From the human T2T-CHM13v2.0 reference genome, Homo sapiens, in assembly GCF_009914755.1 (NCBI RefSeq), contig NC_060925.1: a stretch of 64,000 nucleotides of DNA. One strand, 5' to 3'. The first letter of the stretch is position 1. Each line of letters starts with the position of its first letter. Below, in pieces: positions 28,065-44,080 of this stretch. Made by a program: the position numbers and the translations under genes. The notes under the pieces were generated by a model. That model made no database searches. It was not told where the DNA came from and saw only the letters and a program-made list of their open reading frames with translations.

Positions 28065-28385
28065 CTACAACAATCACTAACATACAGTAACTGCTAACAT
28101 ACAATCTCCAAGGAAGAGACGTGACTGAGGGTGAGCTTAACAATCAGCACCAAAGGGATGGGAATGAACGGCTTCTAAGGTATTTTGGATGACATGGATC
28201 CAACATTTATTCCAATGGGATAGGGACAGTTAAGATTTCCATAAACCTGGGATATTTCTAGACTAAAATAATGTGAGTTGAAATAACAAAAAAAATAGAA
28301 AGATGGCCTGGGAACTTAAGAAATGAACATTTTCAACAAAACATTAAAGCTTAAAGATTGCTAGTCCCAAAGAGGAGGTGCTCAC

Positions 28386-28498
28386 TTTCGAGATGGCAGT
28401 GGAGCTTCAGGGGCATCAAACAACTTAACAATAGGAGGCAGCAGTAAATGCAGGTAGTCATCCAGGTTGGCGCCAAACAGCTGGATTGCAGCCAGTAA
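28386..28498 (-). CDS. MTOR: MTOR exon 22
   Basis: LLAAIQLFGANLDDYLHLLLPPIVKLFDAPEAPLPSR(K)|gtgag; 113 nt. Confidence 0.97.
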
Positions 28499-28988
28499 CT
28501 GCAAAAGGGAGCAAAAGCATGGTGATGAATAGTCAGGTCCCAAGTATCTAAGGACACGCAGCGGGTGGTGGTGTAGACAATTCAAAGTTCTCTGGGGACT
28601 GGGAAAACTCTTTATTAAATGGCCTTGAACTATATCCTTTTGATAGCACTTTCTTCCCCTCATTTTATTTGCTTACATATTACTTTGCTTTCTCTGTGCT
28701 TATTTGAGTTGATAAGGAATCCGTTGCTGGAAAATAAAGAAAATTAGTCTGGGATAAAATATTTCCCAAGATTAATCCATTGAAACAGATACAAAACATA
28801 AGGATAATCAAGAGAGGATTACAGACATTCTGTAAACTGCACACATTGGGTATTAGTATTCTTGGGATTCTGTCTTATGGAATGGGCATCAACCTGTCAC
28901 TCAGAATGAGGTCTCAGCTTTTAGCTGATCACCCAGGGACTCAGAGGAAATCAGAAAATCTCTCTGGAGGATGACGTAGGCTACTCAC

Positions 28989-29156
28989 CTTGATAGAGAC
29001 AATGCGGCCTGGGCTGTTGTCATGCATGAAGACACGCAGCATGTGTGGGATCAGCTGGGGCAGGTAGAGCTTAAATTCACCCCCAAGAGCTACCACAATT
29101 TGCTCAATGAGAAGAATGATCGTGCTCTGAATTGAGGTGTTCATGACCCAGAATTC
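28989..29156 (-). CDS. MTOR: MTOR exon 21
   Basis: EFWVMNTSIQSTIILLIEQIVVALGGEFKLYLPQLIPHMLRVFMHDNSPGRIVSIK|gtgagt; 168 nt. Confidence 0.97.
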
Positions 29157-31737
29157 CTACAAAGAGAGAAAAGTCAGAGGAGCTGAGTCAGGTCCCTTTC
29201 TGATGATATATGAACAAAGGAATCAAGATGGCCAGAAAAGCAAAACTGTAGTGAGCATGGTCTGCGCCGAGATCAACTCCTCACTCCCCTCCTCCCACTG
29301 GGCCCTTCTTGTGTCCTATGTTGCAGCTACACTGGACAAACTCAATTGCATTTCCCCAGATGCACCAGGCTACCTCAGTCCTCTGGGCTTTGCTCATGCT
29401 GCTTCCTCTGCCTAGAATCCCACTTCTTGCTCAGCTAAGCCCTGTCTGTCTTTCTAGACCTGGCTCTAGCCTCACTTCTCCCATGCAGGCTTTCTTCTTC
29501 TCCTTCCATGATCCACTTGGGTCCTTTGCACTCCCTTTGATAGCGATAGCAGTTGTAAGACTTCCTTTGCTTTGCTGTCCTCCCTCTAGACTGTAGGCTA
29601 CTTAGGGACAAGTATCCTATCTCTGTATCCCCAGAATCTATCAATCAGAGCATCTGGAATATTCTAGAATGAACAGATGACTAAGTCACTCAAAAAACTC
29701 TGAAGTGGTCCAGGGTGGACTTGGACCTTACTTTGGTATCACCTGATCTCTACCAGAGGGTGACTCCAGTATTACAAATATTTCCTGGCTTTTCTGGATT
29801 TAGATTTTGCTATTAATAGATAGCATCTGATATCTGTCCCTTCCCAAAAATCTATCCATCAGGCCTGAACAGTGCCACAAAATGAGCCCCTTTCTACACC
29901 CACATGGTTATTTTCCACACAAGTTACTAAAATAAAAACTTGGCCAACTGGCCACAGATCCTGCCTCAGTGCTGCAAAGCAAATTAGTCCAAGCCTCTAA
30001 CTCCAGGAAAAGATATCATTTCTATCAACTCAAAAAGACAGCTGCCTACCACCATCTTTAAAAGTTCTGGAGTAGGAAATTTAATGATAATAGAAACCCT
30101 ACTAATGATGGCAACACATGAATGTTAATATTCTTGGAGCCTCTAAATAGTTCAAAGTAGAAGTCCATAACAACAAGGATAACTCCTCAGATGAAAGGCT
30201 TTATAAAAAGATATAGTATTTTTATTTAAAAAGGTATCTTTAAAAGCATAATGGTTTAGAAAGCAAAAACTATACTAGAAGATGCTGGTAAAACTTCCTT
30301 TCTCTCTACTTGGAGAGAAGTATTCTCTCTGAAAAAGCTGTGTTTTCTAGGTTAAAAGTGTTGCCAAAGAAACACCACAGATTTCACAGCCTCCAGAGTC
30401 TGTCTGATGTTCATCCACTTGAACCCTACTCTGCCTTCTTTAGAGAAGGCCAACCTACCTCCCAGCTGCATTATCATCAGCTCCTCACAGGGGCTTCTCT
30501 ACCTCAAAGATGTCAGGCAGCCTGCCAAGGGATGTCAGCTGGATCACTGTTCACAAAGACTATTTTCTTCCCAGGCTCGGGGGAGCTCATTAAAATGCCC
30601 AGAATCAACAGTCAAAGGAAGAGCCCCCGTTGCACCTTCTCTATCTGGGATGAAATGAAAGCTGTATTTTGCAGGTGTGAGGCTCCCTGCCTCAATTCCC
30701 TGTGTTTTGGTCATCAACCTGTTATGACTATAATATGGTCATATTGTATCCTTGTTTAGCCTTCTTGGGGGGATTAAGTCACAGATTACTTCATCCTCCT
30801 CCCATGAGGACACTGCTTCTTCCCTTGCCCCTCCTCCCACTAAGACTAGCCATCGGCCTCTTTAGCATTCTGCCTAAATCCTCCTTGTACAGAGGCTTCT
30901 GTGGTAAGAGTCAGGGAATAGAGCAGCTTTTAATTATTTATACATGTAGGGAGGTTTTCAGTTCTGAGATCCAGGTGCTGGGAAGTTCCATTTGAAACCA
31001 GCCATTTTGATTTTAGTCCTGCTAAAATCAAATAGTCCAGCCATTTTGATTTTAGTCCAAACTAACTACAAAGGTCTGGTGTGAAAGAACAGAAATCTTC
31101 CAACTCTTTGAGGACATGCCATCCCTGTGAAGCAATCTTCCCCGTAGAGACATTTAAATTATATAGAACACAAGGAAAAATGATATTGCCCATGGGGTGT
31201 CTTCTGGCACCTACTTAATGCATGTTATAAAATCCTGGAACCTGAGCCTTTTCTCATGTGCCACTGCAGTCAAAAGGTGATATGTATGGTTTTGGAGGTA
31301 GCAGGGTAAAGCATCACCTTGTTCCTTGGTGCCCAACACGTGTCCATCATATTTAACAGCCCTAAGAAAACCCAATCCCTTCATGGTTTATGAGCAGTAA
31401 CAAAGAGGGCTTTCATGAAAATAGAAAAGCACCCTTGTGATATTAAAGTAAAATTGCTTTGTTGTGTGTGAGGCAAATAACCCAATTGTCTATTTCTGGC
31501 AGAACAATTACTGCAGGATTTCTCTTCAGCCTTCATGCCTTGTAGTTTTGTACCTGGGAACCTGGAGCAACAGCCCTTCCTCCCCCTCAAAATCCAGTGG
31601 GCTTTGTTCCACTTCCTGTACTAAGACTGTAACAGCTCTACAAAGATCCGTGAAAAAAAGTCTATGTCATTCAAACTTGCTTCTGAGCCTTCCTTGACCC
31701 AAACATGGAAGAGGCCAAAGCATTAACTTCTACTCAC

Positions 31738-31824
31738 TCTCATGAGGGTGACTATTTCATCCATATAAGGTCTGATGTGGCTCTTCACAAAGGACACCAA
31801 CATTCCCAGCTGCTGGAACAAAAA
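31738..31824 (-). CDS. MTOR: MTOR exon 20
   Basis: FLFQQLGMLVSFVKSHIRPYMDEIVTLMR|gtgagt; 87 nt. Confidence 0.96.
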
Positions 31825-31974
31825 CTGAAATGGACAAGAGGTCAACCAGCTGGTATCATGAAGGACATTGAACCCCCAGGCTTACCTTAAGCTCATGTGA
31901 ACAAATAAAGGCAACTATGGAATGGGTTTCCACACTACACTATCTACTGAGAATATATTTCAAAGACCCAAGCT

Positions 31975-32260
31975 TGGCTAGGTTTGGAGGCTCAGTGCTT
32001 TGGGAGGCCAAGGCGGGAGGACTGCTTGAGGCCAAGATTTCAAGAACAGCCTGGGCAACATGGCGAGATCCTGTCTCTACAAAAAAAATACAAAAAATTA
32101 GCTGGGCACTTGCCTGTAGTTCTAGCTACTGGATGCTAAGGTGGGAGAAATGCTTGAGCCCAGAAGTTCAAGGCTGTAGTGAGCTATGCACGTGCCACTG
32201 CACTCTACAGAGTGCAGGGTGACAGGGTGAGACCCTGTCTCTTAAAAAAAAAAAAAAAAA
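31975..32260 (+). mobile_element. AluJ-like
   Basis: diverged Alu, A tail. Confidence 0.82.
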
Positions 32261-32957
32261 AGACACAAACTTAAATGGTGATAGTGGTGGGGACTCAAAA
32301 CAATTGTCAGAGGTTTTTACACACAAGGCGAGCCAGTTACTGCACAGCAGGGGCTTTGTAACCCTCATTTAACCTCCCTGTGCCCAGGCTCTTCCATGGG
32401 AAAATGGAGATAATAATACTTACCTCATAGACTTCTAAGGCTTAAATGGGATAATTCATGTCAAGCACTAGAACAGGGACGTGAATACTATTCAGTGCTC
32501 AATGAATGTCTGTATCATTGAAGGATTCCTGGAATTACTAAACTTAAAAATAAACCTGAAAGTTTTTACCAACTGTAAATGTACCTTTTGTTTATTTGGC
32601 TCTAATTAATTACCACTTCCTTCCTAAAATAAATACAGCTAACTCTTGATTATGGGTATTGTAGCTCATTTATAGTAATTAACTCATTACTTAGGTCTTA
32701 ATTAATTAACTATGTCTCTGAGAGATTATGAGCCAAAATAAGCAAGCAAACTGGGGTAGGGATAGGATGAGGAGATTCTACTGAAGTCAGTACCTTTTAG
32801 GTGTAGGAAGAAAAAACATGCACTAAATAAAGCTGGGAATAAGGAAGGTGTGGGTAAAGAAAATCTCAACTACTTTCCAGGTTAAAGATTTGTCTTCAAG
32901 ATGTAGGTTTTATTTTGTTATGAGCTTCAGATAGTATTACACGCCAGTAATAAGTAG

Positions 32958-33300
<343 letters not shown>

Positions 33301-33739
33301 CCCTTCCCCAAATTTTTACAGCTCTCTCTGCCTTTGTTTCTCTCCATTAACAAGGATAATTTAGAAAATGAACATATGTATTTTCACTCCTATCCACATG
33401 CAAGTCGGGTAAGTTGGAATAAATAAAAAGCATTACTTAAAAAAAAAAGTGCTATCTCAAACAGTGAGTAATGGATTTATAGTACTCATTACCCAAAGAG
33501 GCAAGATCGATAGGACATACAGGATTGGGCTTAAAGAAGAGTTTGAACATATTCCCTAATGATAACTTTGACTTCTAAGGTGATTACAGCCTGGTCCCCA
33601 TGTGGCACACATTTGACTCAGTAGGCTCATTTCTACCTATCTCCTGGTCCCCACCATTCCCCAAATTGAATCACTACAGTTTTGTAGTGATTCCCCATAC
33701 AAATATGTATAGTGGTCCCTATACAAATATGTTATTACA

Positions 33740-34078
<339 letters not shown>

Positions 34079-34515
34079 TCAGGCAAATTTTTATTATGCA
34101 AAGCCTGAAAGAAAGTAGAAAACCTAAGCTGGAGGAAAACAGGCCTACAGCGATGGCGGGGAGGTCAGAGAAAACTGAGAGACAGAAAGAGGAAACAAGC
34201 TTCCTGGTCCTTGGTGCCATTTTATTAGGCATGATTAGGGAGCATTTCCGTGGCTTATTCATAAGGAGTAGCTGCCCAAGGGACATGGACAGGCAAGCAC
34301 CTCAATGCTGAGTAGAGAGCTAGAGGAGCTGCCTCTTCTTCCTTAGCCTTTCACATGTGTTCTCTTTTTGCTCGGAACATGAGTATTTTAAAAGAACACA
34401 GTTTTGCTCCTGAAAATATGATGCACTAGATCTCCTTCCAAACTCCCCCACTATGAAAAGCCTAAAATTAAGTACAAAAATATAAACATGATTATAAGAT
34501 TATTAGAACTGAAGT

Positions 34516-34816
34516 GGCCAGGCGCAGTGGCTCACGCCTGTAATCCCAGCACTTTGGGAGGCCAAGGTAGGCAGATCACCCCGAGCTCAGAAGTTTAAGA
34601 CCAGCCTGAGCAACATGGCAAAACCTTGTCTCTACCAGAAGTACAAAAAAATATATTAGCTGGGCATAGTGGCATGTGTCTGTAGTCCCAGTTACTTGGA
34701 AGGTTGAGGTGGGAGGATCACTTCAGCCTCAGAGGTGAGGTTACAGTGAGCTGAGATCATGTCACTGCGCTCCAGCCTGGGCAACAAAGTGAGACCCTGT
34801 TTCAAAAAAAAAAAAA
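34516..34816 (+). mobile_element. Alu
   Basis: Alu consensus, A tail. Confidence 0.85.
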
Positions 34817-35315
34817 GAACTAAAGCCTCTCACATAAAGCCAGACTTTCAAAGAGCTACATATTAAGAGAAATGGTGAGTTAAAAAAAAAAAATCTGTCC
34901 ACTGGTAAAAGGAGATAAAGAAATTTGCCAGTTGTGATGTGGGGTCTAGGCAGAAAAATGCCTCCCCTAAGAGTTCATAATTTCAGGCATCTATTGTACA
35001 GGTTTAGGGATTTATTTTCACTAACTGTGTGGCCTGGGAATCTCTAAGCCAAGAAATTAAAGTTCTCATGGACCACCTGGCAGAAGTAAATGCACATCCT
35101 CTCTGGAAAGATGCAAATTTAGAGCAGATTTTCTAGTATTGCTCCAGGGAAAGCCCAGTTGAATATGCTATATGATTCGAAATTATAAAACACGTGAGGA
35201 AACAGACCACTACAAGCATGACTTCTCAGAAACAATATACACAATCAGACCCACTAAGAGTTTTATATATAATAGAAGTATTCGACAGAAAATTTAGTCT
35301 GTTTAAAATGCCTTA

Positions 35316-35666
<351 letters not shown>

Positions 35667-36589
35667 TAGAAGGGTATAAGGACAAAATTCCAAAAAAGAT
35701 AATAGATGAGAATTTCTCAGGAACTGATAAGATACCAATCCTCACATTCAGGAAGCCCTCCAAGTCTCAAACAGGATAATCAAAAGAAATTCACATCTAG
35801 ATATATAATAGTAAACACTTCAGGATAACAAAACAATGAGAAGTAAAGCCACAGAAAAAATATGTAAAAGGGATTCACGATTTCTCAACGGCAACAAAAA
35901 GAAGTCAGAAAGTGGGATCGTATCTACAGTTGTAGGAGAACCTAGAATAATATTCTTGGCTAAAAAAATAAATTTTTTAATTTAATTTTTAAATCTCCAA
36001 ATGAAGATTTAAAAAGAGGGTGAAATAAAGACTTATTCAGATAAGAGCAGTTTATTTCAATGAATGCTCCTAAGAGGAATTTGTCCTATGAAGAAAGAAT
36101 ATGATTCTAGGAGAAAGCTCTAATATGGAAGACAGGGTGATGAGACATGAAATATGTGTGGATGAATATAAACAAACACGACATAAAACGACAATAATGT
36201 TTAATAAGATGGAGGAAGGGGGCCTAGGAACGCAGGCACCCTCTAAAACAAGCTTGTCCAACTCCTCGTGCTCTAGAAGCTAGAAAAAGCAAGGAAAACA
36301 ATTCTCCCCTAGAGCTTCCAGATGGGAACACAGTCCTGTCAACATCTTGATTTTAGCCCAGTGAGACCTCATGTCAGAAATATAACCTAGAGAGCTGTAA
36401 GATAAGAAATCTGTGTTAAGCCACTAAATTTGTGGTAATCTGTTATAGCAGCAATAGGAAATAATAAAGGAAGGAAGAAAACGAGGTATAAAGATGGTGA
36501 CAGAAGCTAGACGTTGCTAGATAAGATTTTATTTATAGTTCTAGCTCTGGAACTATGTTAATGTCTTATATAACTAAAACAAAAGTTAA

Positions 36590-36886
36590 TTTTTTTTTTT
36601 TTGGAGATGGAGTCTTCCTCTGTCGCCCAGGCTGAAGTGCAGTGGTCCAATCTTGGCTCACTGCAACCTCTGTCTCCCGGGTTCAAGAAATTCTCCTGCC
36701 TCAGTCTCCTGAGTAGCTGAGACTACAGGCATGCACCACCATGCCCGGCTAATCTTTGTATTTTTAGTAGAGACGGGGTTTCGTCATGTTGGCCAGGCTG
36801 GTCTCAAACTCCTGACTTTGAGTGATCCACCTGCCTCGGCCTCCCAAAGTGTTGGGGTTACAGATGTGAGCCACCACGCTCAGCCT
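36590..36886 (-). mobile_element. AluS-like
   Basis: reverse Alu. Confidence 0.88.
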
Positions 36887-36949
36887 AAATTTTTTGTAAA
36901 CTCAAGGAAATTTCTAAAAATTGAAAATAAACAGAAACAAATGAGTATA

Positions 36950-37520
36950 ACTATAAGCCAAGTTGGCTGCACAATCACTCAAGAAGAATATCAACTGAAA
37001 GTCTTAAACTACATTTAGTCATCTTATTGTTAATACTAACATTGGTCATTTTCTATTTACATCTATAAAATATATATATATGTATGTAATCTCACTAAAA
37101 GAAATCAGAGCTCCTTGGAAATGGCTATGCCCAGGTTTGAGTGAAATATACTTGATACGCTTGGAGTAATTTTTTTCCGCCAGAAAGCAAGAAAGTCTAC
37201 CGGGCCATGTAAAAAGGACACAACAGCCAGGGTGATCAGGACAATCTGATTGTGAAAAAGATTGGTGCCTGCAATGAACAGAAATATTATATATACATAT
37301 ATATATAGTGTATATATACATATATATATTCTATATATATAGAAATACTCTATATAGAGAGCTCTGTTTCTTTTAGTGAGATTACATATATATATGTATC
37401 TTTCTTAAACACACAAGTAGTAAAGTAAATGACCAATATTAGTATTAACAATAAGATGACTAAATGACTTTCACTTGACAGTCTTCTTTGAGTGACTGTG
37501 CAACCAACTTGGTTTACAGT
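36950..37520. repeat. Non-Alu inverted repeat, arms 36950-37113 and 37359-37520, (TA)n-rich spacer
   Basis: 28-bp perfect core catttagtcatcttattgttaatactaa (37012-37039) / reverse complement (37439-37466), further matches at both arm ends. Confidence 0.92.
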
Positions 37521-37724
37521 ATAAATAAAGATAAATTATATATATATATGTATCTTCATGAGTTCATACTGATACTCCAAAGAATGAGGGTAGGATTGGG
37601 AGGTGGGAAGGTGCCTGGCTCACCTCTGAAAAGCTGTTAGAGGCTTGACTCATTATACTAAAAAATTGATAAATTGATAAATAAAGGGAAAGATTCATGC
37701 ATGTATTCTGCTTTTCCTACATGA

Positions 37725-38087
<363 letters not shown>

Positions 38088-39254
38088 TAAAAAAATGTTT
38101 TAAATAAAATGAGATGGGGTTTTGCTATGCTGCCCAGGTTGGTCTTACACTCCTCCTGGGCTCAAGCAATCCTCTCAACTCAGCCTCCCAAAGTGCTGAT
38201 ATTACAGCCACCATGCCCAGCCAAGTTCTTTATTTCTAAAGAACTTTCTAGCTAATAAATCCAGAAGGAATAATCAAATTAGAAAATCACCATTTTGGGG
38301 CACATGTTCTCAGGAGCTCCTGAGAGATATGTCATGGAAAAAAACATTTTTTTTAATAAAAAAAATATATATATAAGTAAGAAAATCACCATTTTGCAGT
38401 CCCTAATCAAATAACAGCTCTAGGAAATAACTACCAATGAATGCTAAAATGACTGGGAAAAAGGCTGATAGGGAACTTTATAACAGATGGATCAGATGAC
38501 AATATCCGAACCCACTGATCAGCCTTTACATCACTAGCAGTGGGTCATATGGAAAATATCTGTTTACTAAATGTTGAAATAGGAGGTATACAGTACTGTA
38601 ATCTATGAAGTATCTCTTGTCAAAAGAACAGAACCTGAATCTAATCAAGCCTCTAAATCTAACTAGTTTATAGGAAATTAAGACACTTCGAAGATACAAT
38701 CAGCCAAATCCAGTATGAGAAACAGGACAAATGACCTGGTTTCTTCTACAAATACATGACTTTTTTTTTTTTTTTAAGTAGAGGGAAAAGGTAAATAAGT
38801 AGTGAAAGAATTATATACATCAACCAAATGCCAGATGTAGACCTTATATAGATTTTTATTTGAATAAACCAAATTACAATGAATTTTTAAGACAATCAGG
38901 GACATCTGAAGAAGGGTTGGTATTAAATAATACTAAGAAATGATTGTTAGCTTTGTAGGTGTCATATTTGTGGTTACATGGGAAAAAGTATGTATTGGTG
39001 AAATAATATGATACCTGTAATTTGCTTTAAAATACTGCAGAAATGTATGTACATGTGTCGGGGGGAAAGGCGATGGAGGTAAGAGATAAAACCAAATTGA
39101 CAAAATGCTAGTAATTACTGATGGGTATGTGAGAATCTAATATAATAGGTTGTCTACTATATTCATGATTGAAATAGTCTATTACAAAATGTTAAGAAAA
39201 ATTAAAGGTGGCCAATGAGTGAAGGCAAAAGATGAAATAAAAAATAAAGGCTCA

Positions 39255-39697
<443 letters not shown>

Positions 39698-40935
39698 TCA
39701 CAATAAATGCAATTGGCCTAGAATGCACTGGTTAAAAGACAAACATTTTTAAATTGGATTAAAAAGATAATCTAGCTATATTTACAAGACAGCATCCAAA
39801 ACAAAAAGTCACAAGACAGTTAAAAGTAAAAGAATTGGAAAAGACATATACCTCCAAAAAAAAGCTGGTACAGCTATATTAATGTTACGTAAAATACGTT
39901 TTAAGGTATTATTAAAGATAAGAAGGATTATTGCATAATGATAAAAGAGTCAACTTACCAGGAAGATATCAGGATTTAAAATTTGCATGCATCTAGTAAT
40001 ATAATCTCAAAGATACATAAAACAAGATTGACTAAACTATCAGAAAAAAGCCCACCAATGTAAAGGGAGATTTTTGTCTCACTTCTCTCAGTATTGATAG
40101 ATCAAACAAACAAAAATTAGAAGGACACAAAAGATTTGAACACAATAAGTAATAAATTCAATCTAATGACTTATGTAAAACCCTGTCCATAACGTTAGCA
40201 AATACACAAGTATTCCCAAGGATATAGGAAATATTTATGAAAATCAATCAACCACTAGACCATTAAAGCAGTTCCAGCAAGCATGAAAGAATCATAAACA
40301 CAATGCAATTAAGTTAGAAATCAATATAAAAAAGAGAAATTAAAAACCCTTTAAGTTTACAAATAAAATACCCACTTCTAAATAACTCAAGGGTAAAAGA
40401 AGAAATTCTAACACTGGAAAATATTTCTGGACAATAATGAAAATACTACATCACTACTGAGTAATAAAGGAAGAATGAATTACTGATACATGCCACACAT
40501 GGATGAACCTCAAAAGTTTTAAGTGAAAGAAGCCAGATGCAAAAGACCACATATTCTATGACACCAATTACATGAAATGCCCAGAAAAAGTAAATCTATA
40601 GAGAGAGAAGCAGATTAGTAGTTGCCCAGGGATGAGGCAGAAACAGAAAATGACTGAAAATGGACAGGAGGTTTTTTTGCTGGGGTGATTTAAGTTTTCT
40701 AAAATTAGATTATTAGTGATAACTGCATAACTCTGTAAATATATTAAAAATCAATGAATTTTACGGTATGTAAATTTTATCTGACTTGTAAATAAATAAA
40801 TAAATTTTTTATTTTAAATTTTCCCCCCACATATCTTACGGTATGTAAGCTTTAAGAAATTTTGGAAAGCAGTTAATACTTGGAGTGAAATTCATAGCCT
40901 TAAGAGATTACATTAGAAAAGAAGACTGACAATGA

Positions 40936-41312
<377 letters not shown>

Positions 41313-41844
41313 GATAGTTGCTTCTTTGAAAAATGCTTTAACAAATCTCTAGTAGAAAATTAAAACATAATCCACTCAGTTCTGGGGCATAAAAAAAGAT
41401 CTTAAAAAAATTAAAATGTAAGAGAACAGTGTGAACAATTTCATGTCAACAAGTTTTATCACTTAGACAAAATGAACAGCTTCCTAAAAAAAAGTAGCCA
41501 AAACTGCTTCAAGGAGATACAGAAAAGCTAAACAGATCTTTGAGCCCATAGTTAAGAAAGAGAAAATTATAGACCAATTCAATCAAGAACACAGATCCAA
41601 AAATTCTAAGCTGAACTGACATAAGATCGAAATTTAAAAATACATTATAACCAAGGTGGTTTTAATATAAGAATGCCAGCATTCTTACATTAGAACACGT
41701 TATCAGTGTGATTCAACATATTTAACACATTAAAAGAGAAAAACCATATGACTATTACAGACTAAAGAATTCAATATACATTCATAATAAAACTCTTTAG
41801 TATTCTCTTTATATGAGAATATTTGACCTTTATAAAGCTATCTA

Positions 41845-41953
41845 GTGCTCATTTTGGCAGCACGTATACTAGCATTGGAACAATCTAGAGAAGATTAGCA
41901 TGGCCCATATGCAAGGATAACAGGCAAATTTGTGAAGCATTCCGTATTTTTTT
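41845..41953 (+). pseudogene. Full-length U6 snRNA retrocopy with A-rich tail (probably RNU6-291P, from recall)
   Basis: gtgctcattttggcagcacgtatactagcattggaacaatctagagaagattagcatggccc...tgtgaagcattccgtattttt aligns end to end with U6; TSD aaag(c/a)tatcta at 41834-41844 and 41973-41983. Confidence 0.93.
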
Positions 41954-42099
41954 AAAAATAAAAATAAAATAAAAAGATATCTACCAAAAAGCTACAACAA
42001 ATATTATACTTCATGGTGAAATCTTAACAGCAGTCCCATTAAAATCAGGAGCAAGGTTATAGATTTCCACTATCACTGCATCTAATTAACATGGAAGTA

Positions 42100-42969
<870 letters not shown>

Positions 42970-43789
42970 CTATACTCCAGACACAAAGTTAGGAAACATA
43001 ATTTCTAAAAACATGCTATCTCCTCTAAATGTACATCATGTTGACAATATGATCAGAGGGAAAAGTAACTAATTGAGGTATCTTTTAAACATAGTACTCT
43101 TACTGTACACCCTTAGTAGAGTGTATTCTAAGAATAACAGGAACTACAAAGCTACTCTGAACTTTACTTAGATCTGTGGTTGGTAGTAGTAGGGACATAT
43201 AATCTTAGAACCATTTTGCATATTCTGTGGTTTAAAGAAAGACACAAGAAACAGCAAGAGTGAGAGGTGGGGGAGGGGAAAATTCCTCTTCACAGAAAAA
43301 TGCTGCCAGCTAATAAAATGGAGAAGGAATAGCAAAATTAGAAAGTCATCACTTTGCAACCACCAGTGTGATAATCAACTCAAGTGAGGATTATCAACGG
43401 ATGCTAAAATCACCGGATGGAAGGTAGCTGAGGAACAGGATAGCCATGGAGTCTCAAAGTGTCACCCCACAGATTACTCACTAATGGCAAAGGAAAACAG
43501 ATAAGCTTACAATGGAGAGATCGGATAAACACCTACTCGGCCGCATGCTCGCACTGAGGATCAACAGTAATGGGACCAACTGGTGGCAGTATGAGATCCA
43601 GTAAGAAGCATTCAACTTCACCTGTGTAGTATTTTCACTAAAAATGTTACGACTTAAATCTCGTCATGAAGGAGCAACCAGAAATCCAGACTGATTTTCT
43701 ATTTGTGGGGCATCTACAACCGGACTGAACTCTAGATTACTGAGAATGACAATGCTTTTCCTCCCCCAGGCTATTCATCTTTTAGCCAT

Positions 43790-44080
43790 CTTTTTCTTGA
43801 GACAGAGTCTCACTCTGTCGTCCAAGCTGAAGCACGGTGGCTCGATCTCAGCTCACTGCAACCTCTACCTCCCAGGTTCAAGGGATTCTCCTGCCTTAGC
43901 CTCCCGAGTAGCTGGGATTATAGGCGTGCACCATCACGCATGGCTAATTTTTGTATTTTTAGTAGAGACGGGGTTTCACCATGTTGGCCAGGCTGGTCTC
44001 AAACTCCTGACCTCAGGTGATCTGCCCACTTCGGCCTCCCAAAGTGCTAGGATTATAGGTGTGAGCCACTGCACCTGGCC
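43790..44080 (-). mobile_element. AluS-like
   Basis: reverse Alu. Confidence 0.88.

Noticed and set aside
30310-30995. 149-aa and overlapping + strand ORFs in unique intron 20 sequence
   Set aside because: TTG start, no recognisable domain, no splice or promoter support
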